DNA from: Flaccisagitta enflata
Lineage: Eukaryota
Direction: 5' to 3'
DNA length: 64,000 bases
Assembly (NCBI GenBank): GCA_965153355.1
Contig: OZ231126.1
Location: 28,706,001-28,770,000 of the forward strand
Shown here: piece after piece, positions 27,910-64,000 of the stretch
Position numbering within the stretch: position 1 is the first letter of the stretch
How the letters are laid out: each line of letters starts with the position of its first letter
The notes under the pieces: generated by a model
The model's input: the letters and a program-made list of their open reading frames with translations, nothing else
What the model was told of the DNA's origin: nothing
Database searches by the model: none
Position numbers and translations under genes: made by a program

Positions 27910-30348
27910 AATAAGATGACAATCTAAGCGGAAATGCAGAGATGCACGGACGCACACAACCGCATAGAATGAGGAACGGGCAGATAAAGAGAGGTTGACA
28001 ACGAAGGAAATAAATGAAGAAAAGGCCGTGAAAAAAACCAGGCAACTCTTAATGAGCGTAGGTCATATGGCCTTTCTGCCCTTTCGTCAGTCGGTCTACT
28101 ACACTTTTGGTATGACAAACAGCCGGGCGCACAAGTTGGTGTAAAGGGCCTTATTAGTTATTACATGTCTTTTCAACTAATTCAGATCAAACTAACTTGT
28201 ATCCATTATCAAACACAGATGAAAAAGGAAGCGTGTATTGATTAACGCCAAATTTGCTTATTTTTTTACATGTTCAAATTGAATTTAGATCAATTTTAAG
28301 CAAAAAGACTAAAAAAAGAACAAGTTTGCGATGCATAATTTGAGGGAAGGGCGTCGGCATCGATGATTTACACGGTCTACCAAAAACAATCATTATTGCT
28401 TTGGTTTTTGTATCATTAACAATTGAAATATTGAAGTTAAGAACGATGTATAATTAATTGGGATAATGGTATAGATGATATAGATGATACAGATGTAGAT
28501 ACGGATAGCAAGACTTGTGGAATGGGTTTTACATTTTTTTATGTGGTCAAAATAATGAAAATTAAAAATAATGTTCAACGACAAAACGTTCTTCTGCAAT
28601 TGGTAGTCAACTGTCCATTTCGGTGCGAAGTGGATTTTGGATGGTGTCTCATTTTTCCTTCAGTTCGTCTGGACTTGAAATCAGCTGATTCATCTACGGC
28701 CCCTCGTCCGATGAAGTGGGCCGGACAAGTTAAATACTAATTCTCTGTGATAAACTTAAACTATATGTCAGCGATTTCCTAGACCAGTACACTGGTATGG
28801 ACTCAAGTTAGCTACAGTTACAACTCGCTTTAACAGATCCATGAATAACATAAATTTGCCTTTATACTGGATATGAAATTTTGATCCCATCATGCCATTT
28901 TTAGTTGCAGACACGCAACTCTATACGAGGCTTTGTCCGTCCATTGGTCCGTTGGTCCGTCCGTTGGTCCGTCACGCTCCAGTTGAAAACGCAAAAAACT
29001 GCATTTATGATGCTGCAGTTGTTAATGTGAGTGTGTGTGTGTGTGGGATGGGGTTGGAGGTTGGATTGGGGTGAGGCTGGGGGTTGGATGCCCCTGCCTA
29101 CCCGTATTGTGACCCCGTATCACTTGTTCTTTTTTGGTCTCTTGACATCCGTTATTGCAGCTGTGCTAATTGCCTGTGAAGGGGACAGGGGACCTAACAA
29201 ATCCAATTATAACCATGTTGCAGGACCCTTCGTTGCTTCCCAACTCGTTTTCAGATGTCCTGAAGCAATGATGGCGTTGTTGAACCAGCCTAGTGCCGAA
29301 ACATTTTCCGTGCTTTTGCGTTCACCGGCGAGATACTAGGGCGGATTGCGCTATGCCATCTAGTATAATATTTTCTCGCGTGTCAATTCATTTTCTTACC
29401 TTCTAACTCATCTGATTTTTCTGTGCTATTCCTGCTTCCACTTCTATTTCCAATACTATTACCATTCCTTTTTCCAATTCCATTTCCAAGTTTTTTTCCA
29501 TAACTGATTCCACGCCTCCACCTCGCACGAGTCAGACTTCTCCTGATGGCAGATACACTTTTCACTCTTTTTTTTTTTTTTTAATGTCTGTTGTATTTTT
29601 CCAGACTCTCACTATCCAATATTCAGAGACACGGTTTGTTTGGAAATCCAAACACGTTCCATGTTTGTCAACGTTAATCAGCGACTCTCCTCGGTTTTAA
29701 ATGTGTTTCCAGATTTCTGTTGCTCATCTGAGCTAAAACGTTTGATATAATTCGTCCATTTTCGTCTGCGTCCAAAGTCCATGTAATCGATGCGAAAAGA
29801 ATTCGATGAAATGTGAAAATGTGAATATTTGAAATTACAAAAGGATTTAAACTAAACGTACGGCTGTTTAAATGACATTAAAACATTTGTCGTGGCGATT
29901 CAATAACGTGGCTGATACTGGATGTATTGAACCATAAATTGAAATGACAGAGAGAAGACCATCTAGAATAGACGAGAAAATATAAAGCAGAGTAGGCCAA
30001 TACGTTCACGTGCGCCAAGTGGCTGATTCAATAAAGCGTGACCAACTGACTAACCGACCGACCGACCGACGGAACGACCGAACGACCGAACCGACAAGTT
30101 CTATCATATACGTGCTTCTGTGCCCGTCAAAAGAAGGCCGTGGCAGAGAGTGAGGACGGACAAAAGATGGGCCTTGGAATGTTTGATATGATGATAGACT
30201 GATAGGCAATGTTTGATCAAATAAGCCAACTCAATTCCCACCGTTGAATAGATTGTAAATTTACATTTGAATGCCCCATTGAGAGATAATGCGATTAGTC
30301 GCCCGACTCTCGGTTACAATCTTCCCCCCCCCACACACAGTCACACAA

Positions 30349-30423
<75 letters not shown>

Positions 30424-30987
30424 ACCCCATCCACAAAATTGCCCTCAATGATCACGTATATCTTACAATCATAATCGGATAAATACTTACTCCTGATTCA
30501 TTTTACATCAATGTTTAGGATGACAAATAAAACAACAACAATAATGAAGACGACGGAGACGTCAACAACGACAACATTCTCCTGTGGCCTCAAGTCAATT
30601 TGCCGCGGAATGACATAAATCAAAAGATGTACAAAGACATAAAATTGTTGCGACGTGGTGACTGATGAGGAGAAGGAGGAGGAGGAGGAGGAGGAAGAGG
30701 AAGAGGAAGAGCAAGGGAACGGAAGAGGTCACCACGTTTTATGACCTTTTCGGCTGGTTAGCGCTTTGCCTCCTCTTCTATACCTTTTCTTCGATCCTCT
30801 CCATCTCCTTTCTGTCTCTTCCTAACCTTCTCTGTCTCCATCTATGTTCTATGTTCGTTCTTTTTCTTGAGTGATCTGTCTATCTATATCCGTTGCCTAT
30901 TAATGTCTCTTTGTCGGTCTCTGTTTGTCTGTCTGTCTGTCTCTGTCTCTCTCTCTGTCTCTCTCTGTCTGTCTGTCTCTCTCTCTG

Positions 30988-31077
<90 letters not shown>

Positions 31078-31220
31078 TCGTGCAAATGAAAAGAAAAGAT
31101 GAGAACGTGAACGGGCAAAGATTGACAAGGGTGCAAAAGTTCACGTCTTTTGATTAAATTAACTCTCTCAATACCCGCTCTTCTTATTCTTCGTCCTGCT
31201 CTCCTGCTCCCGAGATCAGT

Positions 31221-31302
<82 letters not shown>

Positions 31303-32211
31303 ATCTTAGAGGCTGAGAAAAGAAAGGAAGATCGAAATATTGAAAAAGCGATGTTCTCTATTTCATTTCAATATTCTTTTTTTTTTCTTGTTCTTTTTTT
31401 TTTTTTTTTTTTTTTTGCTCTACCACAGAATTTCGGATGAGCATAGAGGTCAGCAAAAAAAATCAAGAAAGAATTTCATTTCAAACCCAGTTTTCTCACC
31501 ATCGTCAGAACTGAATTATTACCAGTAATACCAGTATAGTATTCTACACTTAAAAGTTTTCCCTACATTCATAACTCCACTACATTCTCTCATTGTAAGC
31601 AGTTTTAAAAACAAGTATCAATTTAATGCGTAGAAAAAAATCATATCTTATAAACGCTGCCACAAAATCTTTCCCTACTTATACTGCGGAACAGAGAGCA
31701 CAGCCACAGGCCAGGGTCTCTCATCATTTAGGAGCAATGCGATGTTTTCTTTTGACATACAGCGGAAAGTGAAGAGCTTAAGAGGGGTAAGAGGGGGGTG
31801 GGGGAGGGTTTACCGTGAAGTGCGCAATAAGTAGGAGGGGGGATATAATCGTTAACTGATCATAACCAAAACGACTGTTTCTTTACTCCACCTTGTCTTC
31901 TTGCTATCCCACAGTTTGAGTTCATCTTAAGTCGTAACAATCCAGACAAGAATTACTGGGAGCAGTAAAAATATTATTGCAAGTCATGATGCTGGTTGTA
32001 AAATTTTGATTTTATAGTCACATTTTCATTTTGAGAATTCAAGTTTTTAAAAGTCACTTTTTTGCTAATTAAGATCTTTACAAACGGGTTGCGTCTTGCG
32101 ACAGCAGCTGCACAGCGGCCTAGACGCACACACTGACGTACTGCCTATAAATGAGCTTTCATGCGCGTTTAAAAACTCTTTCAAATCTTTATGCATTCAC
32201 GCCTAACTAAT

Positions 32212-32836
32212 CACCATCCGTTCAAACTAACGCCAGGTGGTTTTTAGTATTACTCTGAATTTTCCGCTTGTTTTCACACAGGGTGGACTTCCTAAACCAG
32301 GATCCAGCTTCAAAGAAATCTTTCTTGTAGCGCCTTTTAAAAAAAATCCAAAATTGATTGTTTTTCATCCTATTTTGCACCCAGATTTTAGAGGGTTGTT
32401 AGAAAACCTTTTTAGATAGCATATTTGAATTCCTGATGAAATTTCCTTTCATTTGATAGGTCGCACTATATATTTTTTAAAAGAGATCAAATTTTCAATT
32501 TTTTAGCTACCGTTGCAAATTATTACTTATGGTAACGGTGGTTTAAAAACTAAAAATTTTATTTCTTCTTAAAAATATATAGTGCGACCTATCAAATGAA
32601 AGGAAATTTCATCAGGAATTCAAATATGCTATCTAAAAAGATCTTCTAACAACCCTAAAAATTCTGACTGCAAAATAAGAGGAAAAATTATCAATTTTAG
32701 ATTTTTTTCAAAAAGCGCTACAAGAAAGATTTCTTTAAAGCTGGATTCTTATTCAGGAGGTCCATATTGAGTGTAAACAAGCAGAAAATCCAGAGTAATA
32801 CTTAAAACCACCTGGCGGTAGTTTGAACGGACGGTG
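32212..32836. mobile_element. Palindromic non-autonomous DNA transposon, CAC...GTG termini, 4-bp TSD TAAT (Chapaev-like)
   Basis: taat|CACCATCCGTTCAAACTA...TAGTTTGAACGGACGGTG|taat; arms pair to the centre near 32525. Confidence 0.88.
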
Positions 32837-34117
32837 TAATCGATTGTTCAACAAACAATAGACTGATTAAAGTCAATGCTGTAAGTATAACGCTGTAATG
32901 CAAACGTCAGGTGCCTAAGCTACGCGCACTCAACAAGATTCTATTTTTCAAAACCCAGCTGGGAAGTTCTCTTTCAATCTCAACCTTAAAGGTCGCTCAA
33001 CATAATCAACCTTCTGTATAGATGCTTCAATTTGCTTCATTGAAGGTTGCGCAACAAAAAAAAAATTACTCGGCTGATAACAATCGATGCAACTCTGCAT
33101 TTGCCATGACAGCCGATCATAAACGACAAAACTGAGTAAAAGAAAAACAAAGAAAAAAACTCGTTCGATTTTTGAGATTTCTTCCATCTGCTGCTGTGGC
33201 AAACGACATGAAAAAAGAAAAGCAACGAAAATCACCTAATAAAACCAACGACAGAAACTGCGATGAAAACGACAAAAAAAGGAAAATCATCGCACATATC
33301 TTTCATGTGCAAAGTCAAATGCGTAAAAACAAACACATGATCGTTGTTACCAGTCTTGTATTAATAATGATCGGCAACTATCGCGCAGTTCTCTATCAAG
33401 ACTTCAAAACAACTGCCCCTTTCCACTCGCACATGACTTGGGCAGCGAACCAGTTTTTGCCTACACCTTTCTCTGCCCGTTTCCAAAAGTGTCAAATCGT
33501 TTTTCGGTGTCTCTTTAGTCTCGCACTAGCGACTATATATGTGGCTTTGTCCGTCTGTCCGTTGGTCTGCCGGTCCGTCGGTTCCCGAGCACAAGTCGAA
33601 AAGTAGAAAAAAACAGCGTTTCAGATGATTGTGTGGGCCCACTCGTGGAGGGGGAGGAGGGCGGTCGGTATGGTTTGGACGCCCCTGCCCACCTATCCGC
33701 GATGATATTGAAACCACGCGTTACTTGTTTTTGTTAATACTTGCAACTGCGCTTTAGGTCCGACTTCCCACGACCTCCGCGACTTAACGATTAACGATCA
33801 TCAACGATCCTCGCAAACCTCGTTCCAACAAAACCCTTCTTTCAACAAAACCTTCCTTTTAACGCTTGTCTATCCATCTATCAATCTAGCTTCTATCCTC
33901 TATCTACCTACATGTACCTCTATCTATCAACCTTTCTATCCATCTCTATCTGTCCATCTTTCTATCTTTCAATCAACCAACACGTTCCTATCATTCTATC
34001 CACCCATCTTTCTAGCCATCTCTATCTATCTGTCTATCAATTAATCTATCTTCGTGTCTGTGTGCTTATTCATCGATCTGCCTGTCTGTTTCCGTCTCTG
34101 TGTCTGTGTTTGTGTTG

Positions 34118-34300
<183 letters not shown>

Positions 34301-34554
34301 TGATTTTCTCCTTTCTCCCATGTCCCGTCTCTCAATGTACACATCTGCTGTTTTAGTGTTCTTAAGCAGGCAGGATCGTAAGTACTTTTTTTTCCAAATT
34401 TTTATTCCGTCATTTTCTTCTGACATCATCTGACCGCGACCAAGCCGGCTGGGACTGATCTCGGTGTTGCATCCTTTGTAGTACTGCCCCTGCCCATCCG
34501 TCTGCGACTGTTGCTCGGTTTTAGTCTTGTTTTAAAAGATGTCAGACTCAATAT

Positions 34555-34860
34555 CTGCGTCAGTGGTTTGTGTCAGCCTCAGAGCTGAGTCAGCATCAGT
34601 CAACGTCAGTCAGCGTCAGCGTCAGCGTCAGCGTCAGCGTCAGCGTCAGCGTCAGCGTCAGTAACAGCGCTAGTGTCAGTGTCATCGTCAGTGTCGGTAT
34701 CAGTACCAGTGACAGTATCAGCGTCAGTGTTAGTGATGGTGTAAGCGTGTCAGCGTCAGTGTCAGCGTCAGTTTAAGTGATAATGTAAGCGTCAGTATCA
34801 GTGTCAGTGTCAGCGTCAGTATAAGCGTCAGTATCTGTGACAGTGTTAGCGTCTGTGTCA
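34555..34860. repeat. Degenerate (GTCAGC)n hexamer repeat
   Basis: Directly visible. Confidence 0.9.
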
Positions 34861-36686
34861 TTGCGACCTTTGTCACTTTTGTTTTCAACCGATTGTGAAA
34901 ATGCGGAAACCATTTTTAGAATCTAATTACAAGGAAAAACAGTAGTAAAAAAAGTTGTGTCGGGTATTTTTTTCTCTTTTTTTGTGTGTGTCTGAATATT
35001 TTTTTCTCCTTTATTTTTCCTGCTTTTTTTTCGAATTGTTAAACTTTTTGCATAATTTTCTCCACAGGAATCTCTTTGCCTCACCGGCAGGGGGACTAGT
35101 AGTGAAAGGACAAAAAAAGACATGGACAAGAAATAAAGGAAAACTGAAAGACAACACGAAAAAAAGGACAACGCTAAAGGAAAATTCAAGAGGAAGGGAA
35201 GAGAAAAAAAAAGACAAAAACAAAGAAAATCTGAGAAGAGGGGAGACTGAAAATACTTATAAAAGATAAAAACTGAAGATGATCTGAGAGGAAGAAATGA
35301 TATAAGCAAAAATGACGGAACTTGGGTGTCTTCAGGCAATTCAAGACCGTCGTTTCTCAACTTGAATAATCCCTCTCGTCATTTTAGGGATTCTTTTGAG
35401 TTTTAAAGAAAAGGAAGAAGCAAAGTTCCTATCATTCAAACCGGCTCTCGTTTAAATCAGCCCACTAACACGCCGACTCTTCACTTCCGTTCCACTGCGA
35501 AACCTAACCCCCCCCCCATACACACACAACTTCATTCTCATCCTAGGACCCAACCCCCTCTCCTCCACCCCCTCCCCCATCTCCGCTCGTCTACCCCCAA
35601 AGCCATTCCTACATCCTCATCACCATCTTCCTCTCTCCGGTACGCAAACTCGGCAACCAAAAGGAGTCCTACTATCATTCCTCGCTCAATTCTACAATAA
35701 AAGGCAGACGTTCCATTAAAAAATTATAAGAATTAAAGATCATTAAAATAACAAACTTTAAAACAGGCGGCAGCGAAAACGGGAAGAAAAATAGTGGCCG
35801 GTAAGAAACAAGGCCGTATACACGGCAGCATTAGTCGCGGATGGTTGGGCAGGAGCGGAAAACCTCGAAAAGAGACTTTGTGACGGACCGACCGACGGAC
35901 CGACGAACTGACCGAAAAGTGGCTTATAGAGTCGCGTGTCCGCGACTAAAAAGTCGGCCGACGTTTTTGTTTTTGCGACGGGAAAATGACATAAAAAGAA
36001 ACGAGTTTTCCCATCGTCTTAAAATGGCCGGAAAAAAGTGATTCAAGCAAAAAACGATAACTGAGGATGATGGAAATGGCAATGAATTGAAGGGAAAATA
36101 AGAACAGAAAGAGAAAAGGAAAAAATGACGTGAATACGAAAATAAAGAAACAAAAAGAAATATGGTGACGTAAAGTTTTGAAAAAAGAAAAGAAAAAAAC
36201 GCTACAGTCATAGAATGATATGAGTAATTGAGCATGAACAAAGAGAAAAATAGGAAGACGAGCGATGGAAAAAAATCGACAAGGGAGTAAAACGCGAGAG
36301 GGACGGAAAAATAAACAAATCAATGATCAAACAAACTAAGAAACAAACCAACAAATGAGTAGGAAAGACATTCCGTAGAAAAGAAATGAAAAACCGAAGA
36401 GATAAAAGAGGAAACCCTAAAACATACACCACATCAAATGATATTGAACATGAAAAGATCTTAGCTTACGTTTGCGAATGAGAGAACATCAACGGAGGAC
36501 AAACGAAAATCTTTATTTACAAACATTATAAGCAAAAAGTAGATAAGGTGTATAGAAGAAAAACCTTACGTCGTGGAGGAAATCGTGACGAAACTGTTTG
36601 AACAATTAACAACGCGCGCGATAAACACGGAAGAAAAATATTTACAAAAATATTTAAGAAAAAACACAAGGACCATCATCTTGATC

Positions 36687-61497
<24,811 letters not shown>

Positions 61498-61929
61498 GTG
61501 AGCGTCTTTTTGTCGTTTTTTTTTCGTTCTAATTTGTTTTGAATTTTCTTCCTTTTCCTCGTTTCTTTCTCCCTTTCCTTTCCCTTGACTTATCTTATCT
61601 TTTATCTTTTCCTTCTTTCTTTTCTTTCTCCTCTTTCTTCTTCTTCTTCTTCTTCTTCTTCTTCTTCTTCTTCTTCTTCTTCTTCTTCTTCTTCTTCTTC
61701 TTCTTCTTCTTCTTCTTCTTCTTCTTCTTCTTCTTCCTTTTCTTAACCTTTTCTTCCCCTTAATGGACACGCGACTATACCACCCGCTATGTCCGTCCGT
61801 CCGTCCGTCCATCACATCTTTGATTTGTGAGCGGTTTTTGCAATACTGCATCTGCCCAACCGTCCGGCGTCCGCAACTGAATTGCCGTGTATCCAGCCTT
61901 GATCTTTTTCCTCGTCGCTAAAATTTAAA

Positions 61930-62793
61930 AACGAGGCCAAGAGATGTCCAATAGATGCGTCCTCTTTAGATGTAAGATATTATCATACAAATTATTAAGA
62001 TATAAAGATATGAAGATATAATAGTATGAAAATATAAAGATTCAGAGATAAGGAGAAAAATATAAATTGATTCCTCTCTTCCCTCCCCCCACGCCTCCCC
62101 ACCCCTCCCCCCGCCTCATCCTCATGAAGAGACATGAAGGGACTTGGAGAGACATGGAGAGATATGGGGAGACATGTAGAGATATGGAGAGACATGTAGA
62201 GACATGACTCATGAGGAAACATAAGGAGACATAAGAGACATATAGGGACATGAAGAGACATACGAGACATAAGAGACCTAAGAGATACAAGAGACATAAG
62301 AGATATAAGGGATATAAGAGATAAAAGAGATATAAGAGATATAAGAGATATAGGAGATACGAGATATAAGAGATATAAGAGACATAAGAGCCATAAGAGA
62401 TATAAGAGACATATGAGACATATAGGAGACATTAGAGACATATAGGAGACATATAGGAGACAAAAGAGACATAAGAGACCTAGGAGACAACGAGACATGA
62501 GATACATAAGAGACCTAAGATACATAAGAGAAATAAGAGACATACGAGATATAAGAGACATACGAGATATAAGAGACGTATAGGAGACATACAGGACATA
62601 CGAGACATATAGGAGACAAAAGAGACGAAAGAGATGAAAGAGACATAAGAAATATAAAAGACAACAAAAAACATGAAGACTGAAGAGAAAACCTTAAAAA
62701 TCGCGTTTTAGAATTTTCGCGTTCCACTCAGACAGACAGACATTCCTACCAAGGGACAGACCCTCTTATAGAGATGCGAGGACGCATCTTAAA
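61930..62793 (-). mobile_element. HINE-like element, AGATGCGTCC subfamily, with ~530-bp central 9-bp repeat (ATAAGAGAY)n
   Basis: subTIR AGATGCGTCCTC near 61953; terminal AGATGCGAGGACGCATCT + A-run near 62772-62793; repeat array about 62130-62660. Confidence 0.72.
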
Positions 62794-63556
62794 ATATCGA
62801 GAAAAAAACCTCTGTACAAATTCTTTTACTGATCAATCAGTCAGTTCTATGTCACTCCAATACATGTGACTAAGGCGAGCAAAGGCAAAATAACTCTCGG
62901 CTGCTTTTGAAGTTGATTGAATTATTAATTGAACAGAGGAAATCAAGGGAAGTGAAAATGATTTATGATTCATTCTTGAGCTTCATAAATTTAATAGAAA
63001 CTGCCCGTTACCCACTCAGTCATTCTTGCCTTCTATCCCTCTACACTATTCCTCACTAACACCCTTTACCTCTCTACCCTGTCATGTCTTTTTCTCTCTC
63101 CCCCTAACTTTTTTCCTCCTCTTGGAATCTGTCTCTTGGTACCTCCTTATCAACCTCCGACCGTCCGTCAACCTTTATGTCTCCCATTCAATCTACTACT
63201 TCTTTTTTTCATCCGTCTGTCAGTCTGTCTGCCTAGCAGTTTGTCCGCCGATCTGTCGCTTTTAGTCAGTCGCTGTCTTTCTGAATGTCTCTCTCGCTCT
63301 GTTTTTCTTCCCTACTTTTTTTTCTCTCTCTCTCCGTCTTGCCCTCTTTTTTTTCTTTCCTCCTTTCTCTCTTTCATTCTTTCTCTCTTTCCTTCTTTCT
63401 CTCCTTCCTTCTTTCTCTCCTACCTTCTTTCTCTCTCTCATTCATTCCTTCTTTCTCTCTTCTCTCCTTTTTCTCTTTTCTTCTTTTTCCCTTACCACTT
63501 TCTCTTTCCTTCACTTTCTCTTTCCTTCTCTTTCTCTTTCCTTCTTTGTCTCCATC

Positions 63557-64000
63557 CTTTTTGGGCAGCGGCCCCAAAGGGCCGATGTCCTGTAGAACAC
63601 AGGGGGGAATTTCCATATGTCCGTCCTTCCGTCCGTCCTTCCGTCCCCCCCCGGCAATCAAGGCCTCAAATTTGCCCTCCCAGCCCTCAAATTTGCCCTC
63701 CCAGCCCTCGATTTAGCCCTCCAGGCCTAAAATCAGCTTTCCAGGCTTCAAATCAGCCCCCCCCCCGCCTCAAATCTGATCTCCAGACCTCAAATCTGCC
63801 TTCCAGACCTTCAATTAGCCCTCCAAGCGTAAAATCAGCCTTCCATGGCTTAAATTTTCCCTCAAAACCCTAAATCGGCTCTCCAAGCCTTAATTCTGCC
63901 CTACAGCCTTCAAATATGCCTTCAGCGGCCTAAATCAGTCATCTAAGGCATGAAATATGCCGTCTCAGGACGTATGGAAATTCCCCCTGTGTTCTACAGG
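63557..64000 (+). mobile_element. HINE-like element, GGGCAGCGGCC subfamily (cut by the window end)
   Basis: TTTTTGGGCAGCGGCCCCAAAGGGCCGATGTCCTGTAGAACACAGGGGGGAATTTCCAT, GTCC repeats, ~21-bp tandem repeats, inverted copy ATGGAAATTCCCCTGTGTTCTACAGG at the window end. Confidence 0.78.

Noticed and set aside
36573..36686. Extended N-terminus of the GPCR from the ORF track start
   Set aside because: That start is GTG; the first ATG in frame is 36687 in good context.
63026..63265. Candidate TM7 exon (LLINLRPSVNLYV)
   Set aside because: No suitable phase-1 AG acceptor, no convincing NS..NF..Y motif, low-complexity surroundings.

Overview
Eukaryotic (invertebrate-metazoan-like) genomic DNA, AT-rich and saturated with microsatellites; nearly all ORFs in the supplied track are microsatellite artefacts. 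I can support one protein-coding gene: a + strand class A (rhodopsin-like) GPCR of the FMRFamide/sex-peptide-receptor-like clade. Five coding exons (36687-37023, 38493-38688, 53850-54130, 57582-57718, 61335-61497) splice in frame across GT-AG introns and give about 371 codons (N-terminus to the start of TM7); the last exon appears to lie beyond the window. The rest is non-autonomous mobile DNA: about 30 DINE-1/HINE-like (Helentron-associated) elements in at least five subfamilies, several carrying central tandem repeats; three ~600-bp fully palindromic CAC...GTG elements with 4-bp TSDs (Chapaev-like) sharing an inner core; two hAT-like MITEs with 8-bp TSDs; one TA-flanked Tc1/mariner-like MITE; a ~960-bp foldback; and minisatellites, including a 2.4-kb 46/92-bp array with higher-order structure. 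I found no transposase, RNA gene or CRISPR array. The species cannot be identified from the sequence alone.
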